DNA from: Octopus sinensis
Taxonomy: Eukaryota
DNA: 64,000 nt
Direction of reading: 5' to 3'
NCBI RefSeq assembly: GCF_006345805.1
Contig: NC_043021.1
Location: 1,302,001 to 1,366,000, forward strand
Shown here piece after piece: positions 53,500 through 64,000 of this stretch. The notes below the pieces were generated by a model. It was not told where the DNA came from, did no database searches, and saw nothing but the letters and a program-made list of their open reading frames with translations. Position 1 is the first letter of the stretch. The number at the start of each line of letters is the position of its first letter. A program made the translations under genes and the position numbers.

Positions 53500-53965
53500 T
53501 TAGTCCCAAGTCGGTAGATCGGGAGGTGACGTCATCAGGTGGATGCTTTCATATGGTTGTATAATTTGAGGTAGCCTTCTCAGTTTTTTACTTTGTAAGT
53601 TTTTTGAGCGGTCACGAATCTGATTGATTTTATCTTGAACATCTATTATAGCATCTTTGGGGAAATCTTTAATATCATTATTTTCAACGTCAGTTTTCAA
53701 TATACTGTCACATGCTAAGAGTTCCATCAGTTCGATTAAATCTTCACGGAATATTGCCATATGCTCAGCTCCAATATCCATCATTTCTAGAGCTGCTTCT
53801 GCGTCCTCTAGATCTGCACTAACCGTTGCTTGATACGATTGCAGGGTATTCCGTAGTTGAGAATATTGTATCATAAAAGATTTATCGTCTTCATAAAATT
53901 TAGTCAGTAAAGATTGGAGTTCGTTGTCATTATTCTTTAATTGACCATGAATTTCAACCGCAAAT
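53500..53965 (-). CDS. ODAD1/CCDC63-like coiled-coil gene B, exon 2 (terminal)
   Basis: Acceptor tctatgtgcag|A. The phase-2 join gives NFSLFR-FAVEIHGQL. Stop TAA at 53502-53500. Confidence 0.82.
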
Positions 53966-54149
53966 CTGCACATAGATATAATACAATATAATATAGTATT
54001 ACATGTGTGTGTGTAAGTATATGTATGTATGTATGTATGTATTTTTGTATGTATGTATGTATGTATGTATATATACACACACACACACGCATAGGCACAC
54101 ACACGCACACACATACATAATACATACATGCATACATACATATATGAAA

Positions 54150-55170
54150 AAATTGGAGACAAAAAACGTATCTGAGTTAAAAGGTTTAAAGCCGGCTAAA
54201 ATGACCGGAAAGAGGGATTTGGCAGAAGGCTTGGGTAACAAGGGAGACAACAGTGACTTGACATATGTGTGTACGTATGAAGCTAATGTGTGCGTGTGTA
54301 AGCTGCAGAATAACAACAGTATTAGTCGGAAGAATAGCCTTTCCTGGACTTATGATAAATACATTACATCCCACCTACAAAAATTTTCCTTCGCTGTCCA
54401 GGAACCGGAGATATACTAAATACCTGATTAACAAGAGGTGAAAAGATACCACCAAACCTCCACATGGTAATAGAAAATGTCTTCCCTGCTATACTAGTGT
54501 GGAAGATATCACCCACATCATCAGCAACTCTCCCAAAATATCTACGAGAAACTAACTGTTCCTGAAGCATGACATGGCAGGAAAGACAACCCTGGCGTAT
54601 ACATCAAAGGTATGTCAGAACCAGCAGGTATTCACACCTTTAAAAACAAAGAATACTGGTGGAACACCCTGATAAAAACATCAGTTCAATGCAAATATAA
54701 CAGACTTAATATTGTTCTTTGGTACAAGGAACAAAAAGTCGTGCACTGTTTTAGCGGTATCTGCTTAGATGATGTGAATGTACCATCAAAAGTACAGAAA
54801 AAAAGGAGACAATTTATAGTGAATTAATGCGGGACTTACAGCTCTTGTACTCTGAGTTCTATGAATTCTCGTTTGGATCTATTGTCAAAGGTGCATTAGG
54901 CTTTGTACCAACAAATTTACTCAAAACCTACAAATACAAGGTTTTTCGAAGAAACAGTAAGAGAAACTGATGTGGATTCTCCATAACGATTCTATTAGCA
55001 GCACCGTGAAGATTTGTAAGATAATCCATCCAGATTATTTAGATGAAGAGATGCATACACGGAAGTGTGTGCGTCAACAGCTCAACCAACACACCAACTC
55101 AACCACATATTTACAAACACTGGGAACTCTCTTAATTAAAAAAGACTCGTCGCTTGTTAGCAACCGGCTT
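54150..55170 (+). mobile_element. R4/Dong-like LINE 3' fragment (RLE domain)
   Basis: KEYWWNTLIKTSVQCKYNRLNIVLW. Paralogous to 57600-58520, including 3' non-coding sequence. Confidence 0.7.
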
Positions 55171-55259
55171 GAACTCTCCCAGGAAAAACTTAAATACGTT
55201 ACAAATGTTATACATACACACACACACACACACACATATTATATACCTATATATATATA

Positions 55260-55309
<50 letters not shown>

Positions 55310-55350
55310 ATATGTATATATATATATATATATGTACATATATATACATG

Positions 55351-55385
<35 letters not shown>

Positions 55386-56270
55386 GGGCAGACTCGTTTA
55401 GTGGATCCCCTCTCGCCCTTACATGGGTCCGAAATTGTGCCCTGTACACTTCACTCTGGTACATAGTGTCATATCTTTGTAACACTTCAACTAGTGGAGA
55501 ATAACGGCTTCTGTCCTCCACTGACACATCTGGTGCAGCACCCTTTAAACTAGTAGCCAGTTGAACTGCTTTTTGTCTATCGCCCCACCCATTCTGGTCA
55601 GCCAGTATCTCAAATTGGACACGGTAGGCCTCTCGTGACACTTTGCCGTCAATTTTTTGTGGCTTCTTCTCAATGGGAACTCTACTGCAGCATTGCACTT
55701 TGCTGGATAGGGGCCTAAATATTGGAGCCTCATGATTCGGTCCAGTATCCAAAACTACCCCCTAACCACCAGCAGGCACACTCACTCCTGATAGAGCACC
55801 TCTGGAGGTTTGGCCATTTCCGCACACTCTCTGCACATCAGCCTGAGGTTCAACAACACAAAACTTTTTTTACGGCCTTGATTCTCTCATTAAAAATGTT
55901 CAACTATTCATTTACATTTTGCTTGCACCATGTAATGTCATCACTTATCACATATCTGCGCTGTTGTAGTTCTTCACGTACCTTCTTCTTGAAGTACTGT
56001 TCTTCCTCTGGCAGCTGCTGTTGATCCTTCTCATGAATGTGCCCAGCTGTCCTTGAAGAGGTGTGTGCTGCACTTTCTGCTCTTCCTTAGATTCTGTCTA
56101 TCACTTTGGGTTTGAAATATTTTCATGATTGCAGCCAGAGACACTTCTTCCTTTCTTACCTGTCTCTTGTGTACACTCCTTCCGACGCCATAGCGAATAA
56201 TTGGTTCATCGCAGCAATAACAGTCCCACTTGACACCAAATATTGCAAAATATGACCTTCTGACACCAAC
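55386..56270 (-). mobile_element. Degraded Ty3/Gypsy element (PBS-like motifs + gag remnant)
   Basis: [56 protein letters not shown] is gag-like. TGGTGTCAGAAG and TGGTGTCA-AGTGGGA at 56268-56224. Confidence 0.7.
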
Positions 56271-56564
56271 GAGGCTCCAACAACCAAGTCAGCAGTTGGG
56301 AAATCGCAGGCCAACTTGTTTAGAGAGGAAGAAGTAGTCGTACCCGGTTAGATGTCTTGTGAAATGTGATACTTCATCACCCGGGTTCACATCGACTGTT
56401 CATATCGCCGTCTTTACACTGGCTGTCTTCGTTGCCAACTGACATCACTCGTTCCCTCACGGTTTAATCACTCACCTCACAGCAAAAACGCGCAAAAATG
56501 ATGCTTAAAATCAGTCGCATGATCAATAACGTTATTTCTCCTTCGTAACAACATATACATTATA

Positions 56565-56606
<42 letters not shown>

Positions 56607-56613
56607 ATATATA

Positions 56614-56669
<56 letters not shown>

Positions 56670-56789
56670 TAAAGCTTAATACAAGCAGCTAAGTGCAATA
56701 TAAAGGAAAACTTTAATCGTCCCTAATTATGATAAAGCTACTGAATAGCACATATATTGCTAGAAATAAGTTAAAATACTTAAAGCTGC

Positions 56790-58520
56790 ATAAACGCACA
56801 CTTATATACACTGACAGGGGAGATAACTACTTCATGAGCACTAGACTTGTTTCGTATGTTATTTTCAGACTCGACAACAATGTCTGCTCCATTGTTGTTT
56901 TAAAAAAATCAATGGGCGCTGAGCTCGATATACAAAATTGGCTGATGGTTCCATGGACCCCACTTATCCCCATAGCAAAGAGATCCATGTGACCAAAAAT
57001 TACCTAGGAAAGGATTTGGGGCGAGATAAATACTCATACATCAACCAAAGAAAGATTGTCGACCAGACAGAGAACATGCACATCAATGGTTTGTCAATCT
57101 CTCTTGTCTCTAATGATGAAAGTGACAAGTAGCGCAGAATAGATGAAAATGTTGCATACATTGATGCCGTGACTAAAGCCAGAATAACAAAAAAGTACTT
57201 CTGTAAAGTCTAGAAAATATAAAACGCAGAGTTGTCTGCATTTAACCAGACCATAGCTCACAGTGCTTTTTCAGTACCAGTGCTAGTATCAACATTTAAG
57301 ATAATAGACTAGACACTTGACAAGATCCACAGCCGGGACATCAAAACCAGAAAGGTATTGACCACTACTGGCAACTTCCACATTAACAGCGACACTGATA
57401 GAATTTATGTGAGACAAAGTGGTGACGATAGAGGCATAAGGTCAGTCCAAACAGCCTTTGAATGTCGTCGCAATGTATCGCTCGGACAACACCTGCTGAA
57501 CTATAAAGAAAGAAATTGGTACATGCAGACCAAGGGAAGCTGAACTGACTTAACATACAGGAGCATGGAGGAGAAGCAGGTATCATTCCAGCAAAAAGCA
57601 ATGCATGAGTTCATATCCTGTAAGCTACAGAATAACACCAGTATTAGCAGGAAGAATAGTCTTTTTTGTTTGGTCTTTTGATAGATATATTACATTCGAC
57701 CTAAAAAGATTTGCTTTCGTTATCCAGGAACCGGAGAAAGATATTAAATGCCTGATAAATAAGAGGTATAAAGATACAACCAAACCTCTAAGTTGTGATG
57801 AAAATTCTCGGCTCTGCTATAACAGCAGCTGTACCAAAATGTATACGAAATACTATCTGCTCCTGAAGCATTATATAATTGCATAGACTATTTACAATGC
57901 TATCCGCAGGAAGGACTACGCTAACGTACACATCAAAGGAATGTTAGAACCAGCAGGTATTCGCACCTTTAAGAACAAAGAATACTGGTGGTAAATCCCA
58001 ATAAAAACATCAGTTCGGTGCCAACATAACAGACCTGATATTGTTCTTTGGGACAGGGAACAAAACTCATGCACTGTTGAAGAGGACAGCTGCCCAGCAG
58101 ATGTGAATGTACAGTTAAAATTCCAGGGAAAAAAGAACATTTATAGACAATAAATGCGGAACTAACAGCTCTTGTAGCCTTACTATGAATTCTCACTCGT
58201 AGCTATCATCATAGGCATTAGGTTATGTACCAACAAATATGAGCAAAAACCTTGAAATACTCTGTTTCATGAAGAAAGAGCAAAAGGAACTGATGTGAAT
58301 TCTCCAAATGTAATCTCCTCGTAAGCTTTGTAAGACGTTCCAGTGAAGCTTTGTAAGACGCTCCAAATATTCTCCATCTGCGCTTTTATGCAAATAGATG
58401 CACACGCTTGACTGTATGCATCGACTGCTCAACCAACACACCAACTCATCCACGTATTTACAAAGACCGAGAACTCTCTTAACTTAAAAAGTCTTGGTGC
58501 TTTGTCAGCGACCGGTTTGA
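56790..58520 (+). mobile_element. R4/Dong-like LINE, degraded
   Basis: TTTGNFHINSDTDRIYVRQSGDDRGI and KEYWW.IPIKTSVRCQHNRPDIVLWDRE (PD-type RLE). Confidence 0.72.
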
Positions 58521-59157
58521 AGAACATAAGTTGAACTGACATATATATATGCATACTTGCAAACACGCGCGCGCCCCCACGCACGCATGCACACATACAT
58601 ATATATATACATACATATACTTATATACATTCACACATATATACATACATAAATGTTTGTGTATGTATGTGGTAACCAAAATACAAGCCTTGTGACCTAC
58701 AATTCCCATCAGTCTGCTGATGTTGACACTCAATTTGAATCTCTCAATTTCGATGTGGGTATGTAATAAACAGGTATTTCACAGGGATTTTATTCTCAGC
58801 GGGAAGGAGTAATCAGTGTTTAGTACAGGATGTTGTACGAGAAATACAACGTGGTTTCCTGAAGTGGAGTCAAGGAGGCATTGGTGTAGGTTAGTTAATC
58901 TTAAACTTTGTACTGAAACGAAATATATATGATTGTCTGACAATCATTCATTTCCCATATAATCTAGGAGTCTGGGTTTGATGTTCTAGCATGGTTTTGG
59001 TCACAATGGTTAAAAGAAAGAGCATCATAAGAGTAAAATGAATTTAACTTTGATCCCCGACTTGATGCTTCTTTGATAGCTTTCTTATTCTTCAGATGAT
59101 CGCTAAATCAAAGAAAAAATGCAACTGCAATAATTTTTTTACAAACAAAAGGTTTAC

Positions 59158-60089
59158 CTGAAGAGTGAAAAATTGCTTTCCTCATTGAGGCGAAACTCCT
59201 TTACAATAACATCAATATCGTCATGAACTGCAGCTTCTTTTATTGCAGATATTGCTGTTTGATCTTCCTTCAGCTGTCCATATCGTGTATTTAGTTCCTT
59301 CTCTAATTTCTTCAAGCTGTTATCCAAAGTATACCAATCCCGTTCTCTGGAAACATCAGCCATAAAGTTCTCGAAATTGCACTGCTGCACAGATTGTCGG
59401 TCTATTTCGTTTAGTTCGAAATTAAAGTGATATTCATGAAGTTTAATTAACTGCCTCATTCCAACAACTTTTTTGTCAGCTTCTGTTATCCTGTCGCCAA
59501 TATCTACACAGGCCTTGGATATTGTTTGCATTCTTGAGAAGAGATTATCATGTTTCTCCTCTAGATTGAAGAAAATATCTTCAAATATTCTCAATCGTTG
59601 ATTTAGGCTGTAGAATTCATTTCTTATTTTTGCCAATTCCGACCGAATTTGGCCGAACTCAAGTGTTTTCACTTCCAGTGAATTTTCCATAATGTTGATC
59701 TGTTTCTTCAAGGCTTCCTCTATCTCTTGGAAGTTATGTATCTCTTTTTGCTCCAATATGATTTTGTTTTTTCGTTTATTAATGATACTATCAAATAAAG
59801 CTAAGTCTTCTGGTTTCATCACTTCTCGGCATAATTTTCTTTCCAGTTTCTGCACATCTACCATGTTGTCCATAAGAAACTGCTCACTATGAGGAAGTTT
59901 GTAGTTTTGTCTAAGATACAGCATGAAGTTTAACTCTGCTTCATCCAACTTTAATCGTTTCATGTTCGAGTTCTGCCAAAGTAAAGTTTTATTCAGTTGG
60001 TTCAATTGTGTGGCGGAATTCCTAAAAAGGCATTTCAGCTTATGCTGCAAATGATTCAATTCATTAGGTTTGATGGACTTGTCAGCCAT
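59158..60089 (-). CDS. ODAD1/CCDC63-like coiled-coil gene B, exon 1
   Basis: Open ORF. AISAIKEAA..DDIDVIVKEF..EESNFSLF motif. Donor AG|GTAAAC at 59157. Spliced product is 465 aa. Confidence 0.8.
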
Positions 60090-60721
60090 TGTCTACTGAT
60101 GCTGGCAGTGGTGCGCTTGACAAAGGGTTGTTGTTGTTGGTGGTGGTGGTGGCTAGAAGAACAAGCAGTGGAAACATTAGGTTACTGCTCAGACAACAAA
60201 TCTACAAAGGAATTTACGCACATACATGTATACATTTTTATCTGGAATGTGCGTGTGTCTGTGTGTGTGTATATATATATATATATAATAGCTTTCTTCC
60301 TATGTTATTCTTCTCTTTCCATCCCTCTTGTTATTTATTTTTTTACGCTCCAAACTAAATTCAGTAATTTTTCAGAGTAGCTACCAAAATATACTTAATA
60401 TACGTACATATTTGTAATATATAGGAAACTAAGAACCCAAAAATTTATATTGAATTGATCAAATGAAAAAAAATGAAAGCAAACAAAAAACCATTGGTCA
60501 AGATTTTCAAATAGCAGCATTCTATGAAGTAAGCCTAGGCAACGGAAATACAAGAATCTTGTATGGAGTGAAGCGACGAGAGAGTGGGGGAAGAGGAAAA
60601 TAATTTCAGTGAAAATTATAAAATGACCGAGAACATCAAAGTTTTCAAATAAAGGCATAAAAAGGGTCAATATGTCAGAATTTACAAATAAGTGAAAATC
60701 GTGCGGGTGTTATGTTACTCT

Positions 60722-61368
60722 AAAAAAGTACCCAAATTCTGGATCTCTACTTCAAGAATAATATGGACATCTTTCATGATGTGAAAGTGATGCCGACTTT
60801 AGTCTCGGATCACACATAATAGAGCTGTCTAGGTTTGGGCCGAAAGTAACCAGAGACATACAGCCTAAAGGAAGCACCCGAAATCTCTCCGATCTGAACT
60901 TCCACAAAGCACACTGGAAATCGATCTAAAGAGAGATCCTCAGAGAGGACTGGCCGAAATGTCTCTCAACACCAGACATTGACATGAAACTAGAATGTTT
61001 CATGTCTTCTGTGCAAGCCTTATGCCAGAAATATGTCCCAGAGCACAAGGCCAAAACAAATAGGAGCAAGATTCCAAGAGACAGGAATATCCTCATGAGA
61101 CGACGGACGAAGGTTGCAAATCGTCTCAACAAACATCCCAAAAGTAGCAAGAAGTCCAGCCTAAAAACAACACTGATGGAGATCGAAAAAAGGGTGCAAC
61201 AATCCTATGTGAAGGAGAAAGCAGACAAAGAAGCCTGGGTTATAAAAAACATTAAGTCAAACCCAAATGCCTTATTTCATTACGCGAAAGAAACAACCTC
61301 AGTACACTGAAAGATCGGACCCCTCTTCCAAAAATATGGCTCCCTCACAGACAGTCCAACTAAGGTCA
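60722..61368 (+). mobile_element. CR1-type LINE fragment (APE C-terminus + linker)
   Basis: QILDLYFKNN..SDH and KIPRDRNILMRRR..IKNIKSNPNALFHYAK..KIGPL. Confidence 0.75.
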
Positions 61369-61420
61369 TAAATATATATATGTATATATATATATTATAT
61401 ATATATATATTATATATATA

Positions 61421-61456
<36 letters not shown>

Positions 61457-61490
61457 CTTATATATATATATAATTAATACACACATACAG

Positions 61491-61536
<46 letters not shown>

Positions 61537-61649
61537 CATACATATATACAATACATACATATATATACAGTACATACATACATATAAACAATACATACAT
61601 ATATACAATACATATATATATACAATACATACATATATATATATATTTT

Positions 61650-62741
61650 TTTTTAGTTTCACCTCAGAGCTGCGGCCATACTGATGCACCGCCGTTTTGT
61701 GCTACGCTATTATTACTAAGGGCCTCCTCTAATATGTGACACTTGGTGAAGAATGGGGTTTGATACAGCTACTCTCATTTGCACCTCTTGCCGTGAGGTA
61801 GGTTCATCTGGGACTCTTGATAGGAAGATGTCCAGCTTTGATTTAAAAACCGCTACATCTACCTTGTGCAAGTTCCTCAGACTCTTTGGGAGAATATTAA
61901 AAAGCTGTGGGCCTCTGAAACCCAGGCTGTTGCAGAAGCTGGTCCTGAAGCGTGATGGCATTGCTGGGATCTTTGGCACTATGCAGTGTCGTCCCGTTCT
62001 AGCATTGGTGTAGCTTACAATGCCAAAATTTGGCACAATTCCTTCCAGGATCTTCCAGACATATATTACTGCATACCTCTCCCGTCTTCTCTCCAGGGAG
62101 TAGAGTCTTAGCTGTTTCAACCTTTCCCAGTAGCTGAGCTGTTGCAAAGAGACGATCTTCTTTGTGAATCTTCTCTGGATTGCTTCAAGGTCCGCTGTTA
62201 ATTTTACACTGGTTGGTGACCATAGCTGTGAGCAGTAATCCAGGCGGCTGAGGACGAATGTCCGCCAGAGGACCATCATGGTTTCCTTATCTCTGGTTCT
62301 GAATGTTCTTAGGATCCATCCAGCCAGTCGTCTGCACTTTGTCGCCATCCTGGTAATGTGCACTTGGAAAGAGGTATCATCACTCATGTCGATACCCAGG
62401 TCCCTCACAGACTTAGGCTCTGGGATTGAAATTCCCTGTGGACCGGTGTATCCTGTAAGTTTAATATTCAGTTTTGGATGCTGGTAGCGCAGGGCCTGGA
62501 ATTTTTCAGCATTAAACTGCATATTATTATCTTCAGCCCATCTGTAGATTGAGTCCAACTCCTGCTGCAGGTGTGCAACATCGCTGGGGTTCTGTATTTT
62601 CTGCGAGACTTTCGTATCGTCTGCATAGCTGGCCAGAGTGGCTATCCGGGCATTTGAGGGCATATCTGAGAGGGCCATTATAAAAAGCAGTGGTCCCAAG
62701 ACAGTGCCCTGTGGAACACCGCTCACTATTTGTGTGTTCAA
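61650..62741 (-). mobile_element. CR1-type LINE 3' end (RT C-terminus + tail)
   Basis: SGVPQGTVLGPLLF, YADDTK, FNAEKFQ, RDLGI, RLDYCSQLWSP, LYSLERRRERY. Uninterrupted 341-aa ORF. Confidence 0.92.
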
Positions 62742-63712
62742 TTTCTTTCCTGAGAGATCTTACTGCATGCAATCAAGCCCTATGCATAACACTTGTGGAA
62801 ACTCACCTCAACCCTGATATAGAGGACGCAGAAGTACACATACCAAACTATGCCAAATAGTACACATACCAAACTATGCCAAATATGACAAATTCGAACT
62901 GATCCACTTTGGAAGGGAGGACGCTCTGAAACTCCCATACTCCCTTCCTTCTGGAGAAATTCTCATGGCATCCAACAACATCAGAGACTTGGGAGTAACA
63001 GTGGACAACAACATAAGCTGGGCTACACATATAAGCAGCAAAGTTGACATGGCCCGCATTTTGTGTTCCTGGATTCTCAGAACCTTCCAGTCGAGAGATT
63101 CCCACACTATTATCCTTCTCTTCTCCACTTTTGCCCGACCCCACCTTGAATACTGCTGTCCACTGTGGTCTCCCTACACAAAACAAGATATTATGAGAAT
63201 TAAAGCTCCCCAAAGGTCAATTACAAAAAAGTTAGATGGCATGTCAGACCTTGACTACTGGGGTAGACTAGAGAAGCTGAAACTGTATTCACTCCAACGA
63301 CGCCGTGAACGCTACATTATCTGTATGATGTGGAAAATATTCCATCAGCACTGTCCGAATGATGTTGATACATCCAAGGCTTGGACCACGTGCCATCCGT
63401 CCACAACAAAAATCTAAATCGCACCACATAACGACAATACGGCACAACTATTTCACCTCAATTGGACCCGCTCTCTTCAACATTACACTAGGACACGTCA
63501 AAAAAGAAACTGACCACACAAAATTCAAGAAGTCTTTGGACAAATTCCTTCAAACAGTCCCGGACAAACCATCCACATCCGGATATGTCTCCGCAAACAA
63601 TAACTCTCTGCTCGAATGGGCCTTGGTATCCAAATCCTGAATTGAAAGACTTCGCCAGGTGGTGCTATCAAGCTAGACATGGCCTGGGCCAATACTGGCC
63701 AAAACCTTTCTA
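62742..63712 (+). mobile_element. Internally deleted CR1-type LINE (APE N-terminal piece fused to RT 3' end)
   Basis: CITLVETHLNPDIEDAEVHIPNY, then DKFELIHFG..RDLGV..HLEYCCPLWSP..LYSLQRRRERY. Confidence 0.8.
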
Positions 63713-63780
63713 AGTTATATATATACATATATATACATATATACATATATATACATATATATACATATATGTATATATAT

Positions 63781-63832
<52 letters not shown>

Positions 63833-63929
63833 CACACATATATATACATATATATATATATACACACATATATATATACATATATATATATATAATTAAT
63901 CAAAATAAAAACATGATGCTAAGGATTCA

Positions 63930-64000
63930 GCGGTACATATGTTTCGGGCCTTTATTAGACGGATTTATAACAATGCATAATGTGTGTCTATGGCCTTCTT
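63930..64000 (-). ncRNA. Hammerhead motif truncated by window edge
   Basis: (..)AAGA-AGGCC..GGCCC-GAAAC-AUAU-GUA/CCGC. The stem I partner is the same as at 28849. Confidence 0.55.

Noticed and set aside
60722-62741. CR1 + fragment and CR1 - fragment as a single twin-primed insertion
   Set aside because: The + fragment lies beyond the 3' tail of the - element, which is the wrong side for a 5' inversion.

Overview
AT-rich, microsatellite-laden eukaryotic genomic DNA. The SINE/LINE repertoire looks most like an octopus (cephalopod), inferred from repeat types and not verified. Host genes: (i) a + strand terminal coding exon of an SLC6 (GlyT/PROT-like) transporter at 11861-12031, absent from the ORF track; (ii) two divergent, tandem, two-exon coiled-coil genes of the ODAD1(CCDC114)/CCDC63 outer-dynein-arm docking family on the - strand, with their single intron at the same codon and phase. 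The rest is a transposon patchwork: RTE, CR1 and R4-like LINE fragments, tRNA-derived SINEs, Helitrons (one with a PIF1 fragment), mariner and piggyBac deletion derivatives, a Gypsy gag remnant and two near full-length Penelope-like elements (PLEs) with inverted termini. The main result is a set of about ten type I hammerhead ribozyme motifs, folded by hand, in PLE termini and PLE-like palindromes. They include canonical cores with long stem II, a U3-A8 compensatory-core group, one motif about 1 kb downstream of a host gene on the same strand, and a truncated copy that begins at the predicted cleavage site. All folds, alignments and family calls were made by eye. Frequent small indels suggest some frameshifts could be assembly errors.
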